Origin: Blastocladiella emersonii ATCC 22665
Lineage: Eukaryota; Fungi; Blastocladiomycota
Direction of reading: 5' to 3'
Length of the DNA stretch: 64,000 bases
Assembly: GCA_025594325.1 (NCBI GenBank)
Contig: JANHCV010000003.1
Coordinates: forward strand, 2,418,001 to 2,482,000
The number at the start of each line of letters is the position of its first letter. The first letter of the stretch is position 1. Below the pieces are notes generated by a model, which saw nothing but the letters and a program-made list of their open reading frames with translations, was not told the origin of the DNA and did not search any database. Shown piece by piece: positions 42,864 through 53,797 of the stretch. The translations under genes were made by a program, and so were the position numbers.

Positions 42864-44113
42864 CCTCCAACGTGGATCACGCTCGCATCGTCCCGCATCC
42901 GCTTCCCTTTGACTTCGCGAGTCTGCAGTCCATGACTCGACTTGTCTTGACGGTCAACTCGATGACGCCACCGATCTCGCGAACATTCTGACAATGCAGC
43001 GACTTTCTCAGCTCCAAATCTCGACCGTTCCTTGTGAGAATTCGAGTCTCGCAAACGGATCTGCTTCTGACGGGTGCCCGGCTCCCCGGCTCTTGCATAC
43101 TCTTCATCTCGACATTCCTGTGCCCAAGCACAGCCACTCGTTCGCTGCTCCGAAATCGTCATACTGGGTCGGATTCAGCCCAGCTCCTACGTCATCACAT
43201 CGGATACCAACAATGTTGGGCTCATCACGGCGTTACTCGAGGCTGTCAATACGAACCGCCTGTCGAGGCTCAAGATGCACTCGGCCGTCCCGAGTTCCAA
43301 CATTCCCGCGGTGCTCGCCGTTGTCCCGCCGTCGTTCCATACCATGAGCGTTGATTTTGCCGGCTGTATGGGCGTGCGCGTTCCTGCTGTCGCGTCGCGC
43401 TCGCTCGGCTCGCCTCATTCGCACATCAAGTTTCTCGAGACGAGCGACCAGGCGTGGCTGGACATGCTTCAGTTTGGGATCGCCGAGTGGATGCCACGAC
43501 TCGCGGTTGTGCGTATTCAAGTCATCAGCGGCGGCAGATTCGCCCTACAGTGCACCCTCAAGTCGATTATCAAAAACGTTCACGCCGCGCCATGGACGCG
43601 CCTCGAGATCTACCACTTCAATAGCAACTGGGACACGTGCGTGACAAACTTTCTCGAGCAGCTCCAGCTTGACTGTCCGCGCTGGTCCGGCCATCCTTCT
43701 GACTCGGACCTCAGCGTGAACGAGGACTCGGCCATGTGCGTGCGCTGACTATCGATGTCTGTCTTGATGGTGGAAATCAAACTCTGCACTTTGCTTATTT
43801 CAATGCGAGCGCGATCGGGTCAGGGAGTACTAAACCGAGCCGGCGACCAGCGCCTCCTCCGTTCACCCTGGAAACGGAGCCGGCGTTCGCGACATGAGAC
43901 ACGAAGCCGGCGCCCAGCGTTTTTTTGCGCTCATCCCGAAAGCGAAGCGGGGCGTTCGCGGCATGAGACGCGAAGCAAAGTGCGAGACAAACCATCATGT
44001 GACGCGTTCGACCAGCAAAGCGACGCGTCGCGCCGCGCGTCTCGGCCTCGCAGTCTCCTAAAGGTTTGCGTACATGCCGTCTGCGGAAGGTGATGCAACT
44101 TAGACTAGATGCA

Positions 44114-45942
44114 ATGAAGCTAAAGAAACTCGGGTCCAAGGTGAGCAAGCTGTGGCACCGGGTCAAGTCTCGCAACGTTTCGGCAGCTTCGGCATCTCGC
44201 GTCGGCAGCGCCCACGCACCGACTTCCGCTGGCGCAGATGCAACGGGCGCTGCTACAGCCACTTCAACAGTCGCGCCCGCCGACACAGCGGCTCGCCCGA
44301 CCTCGACAGTCGTACAATCGCGTGCAGGCAAGCGTCCTCCGTTGTACGCCCGACACGACTCGGCCAACGCTCCCGGACGCGTCGCGCAGTCAGCACCGCT
44401 TTTCTCGCTTCCGAGTGAACTCTTGCTCGATATTATTGACCGTGTGGCCTGCACTCACGGCTCCGACGCGAGATCGATAAAGATCCTCACTTCGCTTTCA
44501 GCCATTGCTTGGACGTGTGTCGAGCTGTGCAAAGTCGCTCGTCTTGTCCGTCGGCACAGAGACACGCATTCGTTTCACTTGTTTCTCCGGCCGCTTTACG
44601 TTGATTATCACCCCGATTTCAACAGCAGAAACGTCCCGGACACCCGTCTCGACTCAAAGACGTTGGGACGCTTGTTATTCGCGTCACGCTCGATCCGTAC
44701 TGTCCTGCCAACCGACTCGACGACGTCCAACACTTATGGAGCCGCACCCCTCAACGGTTTCGTCGTGTACGCCGGCTGATTATCAGCATAGACAACAAGG
44801 AGTCGAGCGTCGGGCTATTCCAGGTCTATCGGCTACTCGGGTTTATGCTCGCACGTACAATCCGTGAGCTGATCGGTCATGCGAACACTCGCGGCCCCTC
44901 CCTGGCTGTCACAATCAAGCATGTCAAAACTGCGGACACCTTTGCCTCGTCGCGTTTCTACGCGACATTGATCCAATATCTTGCTCCCAACACGGTCAGT
45001 AACCTTGATCTGTACGTTCCTCTCGATCCTGGCTCGCAGTTGTTCTCGACTACTACTCTGGGTCACCACCGACTTCGCCGGCTTCACTTGTCAAGCCCGA
45101 CCATTAGCTCCATCCAGCTATGCTCCGCGCTCATTTTTCCGGTGCTCGATGAGCTGCATCTCATTGGGGGAATCTCAAAGGACGTGGATGACGTCGATAT
45201 TGATGGTCGACTCGGAGCCATGATTGCCGAGTACTTCGCGCGGTGGAACCGAGTACCAATCCGTCGCCTTTCCTTGGCAATCCAGAACGACGGCAACAAG
45301 TGTCTCACTCCCGGCTGGCAGCGCGCGCTGGCGGTGGCTCGGCCGGTCGAGTTCAGCCTCGCCGTTCTCTGGTTCGACGGCGTGGACCCGGCGACCGTTC
45401 TCGACTTGATCGACCGCTCGTGCCTTCAGCATCTCCGAATCGATTCGAGGGGCAACTCTCATCCGTGCGCGCAGGGCGTGCTCGAGATACCGTTTCCAAT
45501 GGTCAAGACTCTGCAGATTTTCGATTCGCGTCCACTTCTCGGTGACTCTTGCTGCCTTGCGAGCGTGTTCCTCCCGAATGTGGGGCGGCTCGACGTGACC
45601 AGCGATGTCTGGCTCGCCCTCGTCAAGTCGGATGCCGTGAAGCAGCTCACGGAGCTCGACCACGTCAAGGTTAGTATGGTCAGCGGTGACGAGCTCAAGC
45701 GCGTCTACGCGACGGTCTTCGACACCATGAAAGATGGGCGCAGCGCTTCGGTCGAGCTCGTTGACCGCTGCAACGCCGACCTGACCCCGAGCCGCTTCTC
45801 CAAGTTAGCCAACTCGCGGTTTGACCTGGCCAAGGTCCGTCAAAATATCAAGCGAAAGCATCCAAAGTGTACAATTACGCTCTCGCGTGGGAGAACCGGT
45901 GCTCTGGAGCGGGTGTACTTCACGTCGCGGCCCCACGCGTGA
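44114..45942 (+). pseudogene. F-box plus LRR-like gene (probable paralog of 35379-43748) with a frameshift near 44765
   Basis: LFSLPSELLLDII F-box; coding sense shifts frame at GFVV/VRRLIISID; similar basic N-terminus (KL..LWHRV vs SL..AWDRV); could be an assembly indel. Confidence 0.65.
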
Positions 45943-46207
45943 CCGTGCTGTCCCGGCTGGTTCCGCGCCGCTCTGTCAATTTACTTTGAATATACTCATT
46001 TATGTTGCCGCCCAAACCATGCAAGGTGTCAGCCGCGGCAGAAACCACGGGTGCAGAAACGCGTCCTTCGACGCGTCTCAAGCTTGGCACGTGATGCGAG
46101 ACATTCCGTCAGGTGACGCTCTGATCCGTGTTGGCGCGGCGCGACAAGCTTTCCCTCTTTCGCGACCTCTGATCCACCACCGCTTCCCTCTGAAGACCAA
46201 CCACTCG

Positions 46208-48615
46208 ATGCAACGACACACTACGCTACTCGGCCGTGCCCCGCGATCGCGCCTGCCGCGCACCGCCGTCGCGCCATCGTCCACGCCGCTCGTGCCTCGT
46301 ACAGCGCCCGCGACTGCGCCACCACGAGCATCCTTCTCGTCTACCAGCTGTGCCCGCAACAACGACTATGGCAGCACATGGGGCCAGCGGCCGAAACGCG
46401 CGCCGCGCTACTCGGGCGGCAAGGACTTTTTCGCCGACGTGCTCGCCGCGTCGCCTAACCAGAAGCCGAAACAGCCGCGCCTCGCGCCCGAGGAGGACTA
46501 CGCCGTCAAGCTGAACCTGCACGCGCCGCCTGACCCGACGCAGGTGACCGCCGCGGCCGAGGCGCACTTTGCCGCCCTCCAGGCGGCCGAGCAGCCCAGC
46601 CACCTGCTGTCTGCGGCGCGCCAGTTTGCCACGTCGGGCATCACGCCGGCGCACAAGCTCGGGTCCGTGGTCCCCGTCAAGCCGACGCGCGCCATGTACA
46701 ACTCGGTGCTGTGGGCGCTGGCGCAGCTCGGGACGCCCGAGCGACTGCTCGCGGTGTTGGAGGAGATGCCGCGTGCCGGGATCCCGCGCGACGCGACCGC
46801 GTGGAAGTACTACTTCGAGGCGTGCGGCGTGGCGCGTGACGCGGAGCGGCTGCGCCAGGGCGTCATCGCCATGACCGAGACGGACGGGATCGCGCACACG
46901 CAGGAGACGTGGGAGGCCATCTTCCTCGCGTATCTCGAGTCCGCCGAGTACGAGCGCGGCATCGCCACCATGCACTCGATGCGCGCGTGGTACCATGACG
47001 CTGCCATGCAGCTCGCGGGCCGGGAGCAGCGCGCCGCCGCCCTCGACAAGCACTACCTGACGTGGCCAACCGTGCGCCGCGCCCTGCGCATGCTCATTAC
47101 GGGCCACCGCGTCAACGAGGTCGCCGGGCTCTACGTCGAGCTCCAGAACCAGGAGTCGGTCCCAATCCTCTTCTGGGCCGACCTGGCCAAGACGTTTGCG
47201 CGCAACGACTACGTACGCTTCGCTTCAACTGCTCGGGCAGGTCGTTCGATGAACTTACTCCTAATTGTCCGATGTAGCTCGAGTACGCCAAGCAGACGTT
47301 CCAGAAGCTCGTCCAGGAGATCACCATTGCCCAGGAGCGCGCCCGCACCGCGCACGGGGCGTATATGCGCGGCGAGCCGCAGTCGGCCCCGATCCTGCAC
47401 GAGCTCCTCGACGAGGGCACGCTGAGCTCGCTGCTCGAGATGGCGGGCCGCATGGGCCAGCCGCAGCTCGCGTCGCAAGTCCTGCGCGTCATGAAGTCGC
47501 AGGGCATGCCGCCGTCGACGCACTACTTCGCGTGCCTCGTCCAGGCGTTTGCGCTGGCGCGCGACTTCAAGTCCGTGTTCACTGTGTTCACGCTGATGCG
47601 GCGCGCCGGGTGCGACCCGCACGCCGCCGCCGCCGTGTTCCTGTCCCCCACGCCCACCACCAACGAACTGCCCATCTCGGACCTGGCCGAGTGGCGGTCC
47701 GCCGCGCTCCTGCTTCCCGTGCTGCGCAAGTCCGAGGTCGTCGACATCGAATGCATCACGGCGCTCATTTCGGTCGCGCACCGTCTGTTCGCCGATCACC
47801 TCGGCCTCGGCCTGTACCAGCAGTGTGAGGAGCTCGGCGTCGAGCCCGACCTGCACACGATCCACGCCGCGCTCCTGTGCACGTACGGCAACCGCGACGC
47901 CCGCGCCGCCCTGCTCGCCGACATGGAGGCGCGCAAGCTCACGCCCACCGCGTCGACGTACAAGCTCCTGATCCACCTCGCGATCCGCGACGCCGGCTCG
48001 CCGCTCAACTCCGAGAGCGCCAACCCGGATATTGCCGCCGAAGCCGAGGAGGGCGCCGACCAGGGCCAGTACCGCCCCACCGGCCGGATCCGCGCGCATC
48101 CCGGACCCAACATCCCCAGCTCGCTCGCCGTTGAGGCGGCGATCGTGACCGCGCAGGAGGAGGCTGCTTCCAGCGCCGCCGACGGCGAAGCGCCCGTCGA
48201 CCAGCCGTCCTCGCCCCACCAGCCCAAGACGCCCGAGGAGCGGGCCGCCGCCGTGGAGGCAGCATTCGACCGCGCGTTCGGGCTGCTCGAGCTCGCCAAT
48301 GCGCAGAGGGTCGTCGACCGCGGGCCGTACATCACGCTGCTCCGCGCCGCGCTGCGGCACCAGGACCCGCGGTGGCGCCAGCTCGTGGCCGAGATGCGCG
48401 AGCGCGGGTACATTGTCGATTCGCGCACCGCCGAGGCCGCCGAGCACGCGTTCCCGAACGACCCGCTCACCTTCGAGATCGTCCGTGCCGCGTCTGCCAT
48501 GAGCCGGCGTCGGATGCCCGCCATGGCGGCGCAGCTCCCGTCGACGCGTGGTCACGGTGGCACGTACGCGGAGGCGGGACGGGCCGAAGAGGGGGACCAT
48601 GACCACAGCGCGTGA
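46208..48615 (+). CDS. Mitochondrial pentatricopeptide-repeat (PPR) protein, 2 exons
   Basis: Presequence-like R/S/T-rich N-terminus; PPR motifs MYNSVLWALAQLG...EEMPRAGIPRD and YFACLVQAFALAR...LMRRAGCDP; intron 47213-47277. Confidence 0.88.
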
Positions 48616-48786
48616 TCGATTATGTTGGAATAGAAACGCTTTTGGCATCGCAACGCACACTCGAGTTGGGGCAGTGTCGACGGTTTGGTCGGCGAAGTGA
48701 CGCGACTCGTGTCGCGCCTTGGGCCACGTCGTCAGCCGCCGTTGCGACGTCCCACGCTCTCCCAGTTCCACACAGCAGATTCTCTA

Positions 48787-49095
48787 TGCAACTCATGAAA
48801 CAAGGACTTCTTGCAATGTTTTCAGATTTGCCTGACGATTGTGATCGCGCTCGCTCTCCAGTTCGCGGTGGGGAGGAGCGCCATCGCTGCTGCGACCGCG
48901 GCGCTTGCCACGCTCCTCCGGTTCAATCTCCAAGTGGTCGACTGCTGGGTGCTCAGGCGCGCGCAGCGCATTTCAAACCATGGCCTATGCTATATGCTCG
49001 ACCGTGAGGGTAGCTTGGTGTTTCGCTCGCCCACACTTCAACAACTCCGCCTCAACTTCACCCAACCCTTTGGCGCGTTGATGAAATATACATGA
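48787..49095 (+). pseudogene. Short decayed 5' fragment related to the gene at 50663
   Basis: MQLMKQGLLAMFSDLPDD versus MQLMEKQLLATFLELPDV. Confidence 0.45.
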
Positions 49096-49111
49096 GCTGC
49101 GGTGTCGTGGA

Positions 49112-50460
49112 TTACACGTCGCGGGCGAAAAACCACACGATCAGAGAGGGATCAGAGAGGCGATCAAATCGAGCAAGTAGAGTGAGGATGACGCGCGAGG
49201 TGCGTCGGTTCAGCGGAGCGTTGTGACGCGGCAGCGTGACGTGGCATTGAAGAGGACAAGTTCGCGTATCCTGAGCGCGTTGCAGGGGTGGCGTGTGCGC
49301 GGCAAAAGCTCCTGAGCGACGTGAAGGGATTAGCGAGGATGACGTGGAAGGAGTACGATTTGGCCACACGTGTAGGAATCAACGCGGCCGCGATGACCAG
49401 CTCATCATTGTTCCAATGCGGGAAGTGGGAGAGGGTGACTGCGTTGCGTCCGTCGCAGTTGACCTCGAAGTTGTCGCGCGTCTGCTCGAGTGCGATGGCG
49501 ATGAGCTTGAGTCACGTCGCATCGTCAACCAGGGCGACCAGTCTGATGTGAACATCGCCCACGAACGCGAACACGGGCGGCTTCTGCGCCGAGTTGGTTG
49601 CTTCTCAAGCGCCTTCGCGGCCTTCGCGGCCTTCTTTGAGGGAAGCGAGCGCCTTCCTCGAGATGGCGTGGGCGGCCACGCCGTCCATAGCGCAGAACGC
49701 GGTGCACAAGCCGGCGAGCCTAGTAAACCGCCGATCGCGACTAGATGCGCCGTAACACGCTTCCAGCTAATCGAGACGGGCGTGCGTGACGTCGGAGCCC
49801 CACACAAGCAATCTGTGACGAGACCCTCCACATGGCCGTCAGAGCCGGCGCGAAACCGCTGATTCGCGAAGCGGATCAGCTGCTCCGTCTGCTCGAGCGT
49901 GGGCAGCGGGGGCGGGAAGGTCTCGGCCAGTCCGCGGTGGCGATCAAGGGGCAGCACGCCAGCGAGGCTGCGCGCCGCGCGACGAGCACATTAGACGGCG
50001 TTGCACCGCGCAAGAAAAGCAATAAAATCCACGATCCCGTCCCGCTGTATTGGCCAGGCGGGTGTCGGTGGCTGCCGAGCATGATCGCCGCGGCCTTCCG
50101 CGTCTGTTTCGAAGCACAAGTGCAAGCGATCCTTCAGCCTCGCAAGGGGCTCGCGGCACTTGTGCGAGGCAAGCGGTTAGACTCACATGCGGGTAGTAGT
50201 CGGTTCGAGAAGCGTGTATCGATGGGCGGTGCGCGCGGTTGCTCATGCTCAGGTTCTTCCTTCCCATCGGCTGACAGCTCCTGGCTCAGGAACGACCACT
50301 GCACCAGACGCGACAGCACTCGCGCCTGCAGGGTGTCGCGCCTCCGGCGCTGGTCCCACACACGAGCTGCCGTCTTGCCAGCAGCGACCTGAACTTCGGC
50401 CCATACTGCGCGCTTCGCGCGCCTTTTCGCGTCGCGGCGATCTTCATTAGACTGCATCAA
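49112..50460 (-). pseudogene. Decayed gene of unknown function
   Basis: Coding-like stretches (FVGDVHIRLVALVDDATRLKLIAIALEQ...; EQTEQLIRFANQRF) split across frames and stops. Confidence 0.35.
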
Positions 50461-50662
50461 CGTTACTCCATGTGTAGGTACGGCAGGATCCTTTACAAGA
50501 TGGACATGAGCGACGCGCAGCCCGTGCTCAACGACTCCAAAGTGGGGCGGGCTGGAAGTCGAGCCTCAGGTGGGGTCAGGTGATCGGTTGTTAGGCCAGG
50601 CCGACCACTTTTTCAGCTCACCGCTCACCTCGCTGCTTCCGCTCTCGGCAGACTCCTCTCAA

Positions 50663-52768
50663 ATGCAGCTCATGGAGAAACAACTTCTTGCAACGTTTTT
50701 AGAATTACCCGATGTCGCAGTTGCGCATGTTCTCCGACTCGCGGCGGGGAGAAGCGTCATCCCGGCTTCGACTGCGCTGCTTGCTGAGCTCGTCCGGTCG
50801 GACCATCAAATTGCCGACTCCTGGCTCCTCGTTCACGCCCGCAAGCTGGCCAATGACGGCGTTGTGCGCGATGAAGCGAAGCAGCTGTGGTTTTACTTGC
50901 CCACGGCTGTTCAGACGGCGGCGTGGTACTGCCTCGCCCAGTGCGACCCGTCCTTTTACTCCAAAAACCGCCAGCCGGCCGTGCCTTCCACGATAGTCGA
51001 CCCTCTTCTTGAACGCTTGGCTACTTGCATGGCCCGAAAGGCTCGCGTGACTGGCTCTTGTACTGTCCAGCTCGCGTCCAAAGTCCGCGCTCAAGTTGAG
51101 TGCGTACGCGACGGGCACTCGGCCGACTTTACGCGCGCCCCGCTCATCTCGTTCGCTCATCTCCTCTTCAATACGGTTTCTTCGAATCGTGCCGACCTTC
51201 TTGTGTCCATGCTCGAGGAAATCGTCAACGATCAGCCACAGCTCCTCGAAATCGAACTCCGCTGGTCCGAATGGCTGGATCTGACGTCTCGGCCGTACTT
51301 CACGCTCAGAGATGGTCTCTTGTCGGACAGAATGCCGTTTGAAGAAGTCCTTCGGCTCGCTGACCTTCTTGCAGTCCTCTCCACCGTGTCTTGGTCTTCC
51401 AAACCGCTCAGCGCACTTCTCAACGCTGAGCGCTTTGGCGTTGACCACGAGGCAGTCTTCCGCTTCGCATGCCATGATGCGATCACGCAGATGATACTTG
51501 GCGAATATTATCGACCCACGGTGACCAGTGCCGACGCCATTGGCGTGCTCGACTGGCTGTTGTCGCGCGGATGGCAAGCGCCAAGTCTTCTTCTGGACAT
51601 TGTGAACAAGGGCCCCGGGGTCGTGCAGTACGTGCTCGAGCACCATTCCGAGGCAGCAAAGTCAAGCTTTATTCCCGATCTCGACCAGTGGCACTTTGGC
51701 GAGGTTGTAGAGTCGTGGAGGGACTGCTCGCCGCGACTGCTTTCCCTGCTTGACAGACACAATCTGGTCTCCAAGGTTCACTGGCACTTGATGTTTGCAC
51801 GTCCCATTGAAGCCGGGGATTTTGACGCGGCGGTGGTCCAGCACATGCGGCAGCGTCATCAAGGCGATGATTGGACCGCTTTCCTGGTCGAACGTACGAA
51901 AATAATGCCCATGATCAACTCATCATCGCGCTCAACTCACCGCGTACCACTCGACGTAGAGTTCCGCATCAACCTTGAACACATCCAGTCCGCCTTGTTC
52001 TTCCACGGTCTTGTCAAGCTTGCTCGCCAAACTTCGACGGCGGACATGACGCCCCGCTTCGCCGCCTGTTTGGACTTGGTTGTGTTCTCTACCGTGGGAA
52101 TTGACTTGTTGCTCAACTCCATCTCCCATACCGATTGGCTGTGGGACCTCTTTCAGATTGTAACGGCGTCCAAGGCGATTTCCACCGAGCTCATCCTGGA
52201 GGAGGTTCGCCTGCTTCTTGTTGCCATAGCTCTCATCGTTCTCAGCAATCCGGAACATCGCGCGGCCGCCCTTGATCTGATGCGCACCTCGCGCACGGCG
52301 AATCACTACGCTGGTGCCATGATTGCTGTGTGGTGTCACTTGAGCCTAAGATTAAAGGAAGGCTACCTTCCGCGCGAGGTGTCGCACCCGAACTTGTGCT
52401 CCGACTGTCCGCTGCTGTACCAGCCCGTGTTTACCAACGTTTTGGGTGCCATCATGCACGCACTCGACCAGGACCGCGGCGACTCCAGTGCCGTGATTCC
52501 GAGTACTGCAAAGATGCGACTCGGCCACTTTGTTGGGCACAACCAGCAAAATATCGATGGGATTCGCACCGCTTTGGCCGAAGAAGCCGCGTTCACGAGT
52601 TGCCCGCTGCACACGGGTGTGACCCCGACCCGCCAAAACTTCGGCATACTGACAGCTTCCCGGACGGGACGCGATTGGCTTGCGCAGGTCTTTTCCGCGG
52701 CAGTTGGAGGTGTTGCTGACGAGGCTCGCGCCCTGGTCCCTGCGGACGTGTTGAACATGTCCGCGTGA
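50663..52768 (+). CDS. Hypothetical protein (about 700 aa) with F-box-like N-terminus
   Basis: Long uninterrupted ORF of lower GC; FLELPDVAVAHVLRL. Confidence 0.75.
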   Translation: MQLMEKQLLATFLELPDVAVAHVLRLAAGRSVIPASTALLAELVRSDHQIADSWLLVHARKLANDGVVRDEAKQLWFYLPTAVQTAAWYCLAQCDPSFYSKNRQPAVPSTIVDPLLERLATCMARKARVTGSCTVQLASKVRAQVECVRDGHSADFTRAPLISFAHLLFNTVSSNRADLLVSMLEEIVNDQPQLLEIELRWSEWLDLTSRPYFTLRDGLLSDRMPFEEVLRLADLLAVLSTVSWSSKPLSALLNAERFGVDHEAVFRFACHDAITQMILGEYYRPTVTSADAIGVLDWLLSRGWQAPSLLLDIVNKGPGVVQYVLEHHSEAAKSSFIPDLDQWHFGEVVESWRDCSPRLLSLLDRHNLVSKVHWHLMFARPIEAGDFDAAVVQHMRQRHQGDDWTAFLVERTKIMPMINSSSRSTHRVPLDVEFRINLEHIQSALFFHGLVKLARQTSTADMTPRFAACLDLVVFSTVGIDLLLNSISHTDWLWDLFQIVTASKAISTELILEEVRLLLVAIALIVLSNPEHRAAALDLMRTSRTANHYAGAMIAVWCHLSLRLKEGYLPREVSHPNLCSDCPLLYQPVFTNVLGAIMHALDQDRGDSSAVIPSTAKMRLGHFVGHNQQNIDGIRTALAEEAAFTSCPLHTGVTPTRQNFGILTASRTGRDWLAQVFSAAVGGVADEARALVPADVLNMSA

Positions 52769-53797
52769 CTCGCGTCAGGTGGCGCGATATCCAAAACTCC
52801 GTAACCTTTCTGTGTCCAGTGCTATGTGAATGTCCAAGGGTCTATTTTCAATAAACGTCGGTCAAAGAGTCCTTGATTGTTGTGACGGAAATCGGACAGC
52901 GGGGAGCTCGAGCCAACGCGGGCGCGTCCTTCCTTGCTCCCTGCGACCGCTCGTTCAGAGCCCTCACATGCACGAATGGCTGCACTCTCGAGTGTTTGCT
53001 GCGGCGGAGGGTGATGTGGACGACGAGGGCGCGCCATGGTGCCTGACGACGCGTAGTGCTCGTGATGCGGCGCATCCGCTAGTTTGATATTTTTCCATTC
53101 AAAAACAGTGCATGAGAGTTTTTATGGCACTCGAGCCGCACGAGTAGTCAGTTCCTGCGAACCACGCACGCTGCTCGCAACGCAGTGACGAGACCCCGAC
53201 GCGGACCTTTTTCAAGTGGTCAGCTCGTCGCCGCGGACGCGCAAGCGGCTCTCACAGGTGTTTGTTGCAGCAGAGGGCGGCATAGCCGAGGAGGCGCGCG
53301 CGCTCACGCCCAAGGTCGCGTCGGACACGTCCGCGTGACCGTGCGGTGGTGTGGCGCAGTGCCATTTGTTTTTCCGCTCCGCCCCCAGCGCGCGGCAAAT
53401 TTGCCTCGCGTCGTCTCCGCTTTCCACTCCCCTCCGCCGCCGTAATATAGCTCGCGCTCCGCTCCCCGCGCGACTTGACTGCAACGAAGCAACTCGCCGA
53501 CATCGACGCGGCGTCAGCGCTCATCCGTCGTGATTCGCCCATCGCCCCGCATTCAGTGATACGCCGCGCATCCGCATCCGCCGCGCCGGATCCCCACCGC
53601 TTCGCCACAGCCGACCTCGTGGCACACACACATCTCGTCGGCCGCTGCCCCACGCGGTCCCCTCTCCCTCGCATCCGCAGCGCACGAAGCAGCAGGGCAA
53701 ATCATCCGCCGCCTGCCCTCGTGGTCGTCGACACGCACGCGCACCCGCGAGGCCCCACCGCCACATCCGCCCCCGTTCCTCGCTCCTCACAAGCAGC

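Larger units (their letters stand above)
35379..43748 (+). pseudogene. F-box plus LRR-like gene disrupted by a MITE, an LTR retrotransposon and frameshifts
   Basis: F-box LFSQIPDEVLFDILDIL; removing the MITE restores SRHALIILRGALLSNL in frame; removing the LTR element restores NLASNVDHARIV in frame; further frameshifts near 35790, 42960 and 43200. Confidence 0.75.
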
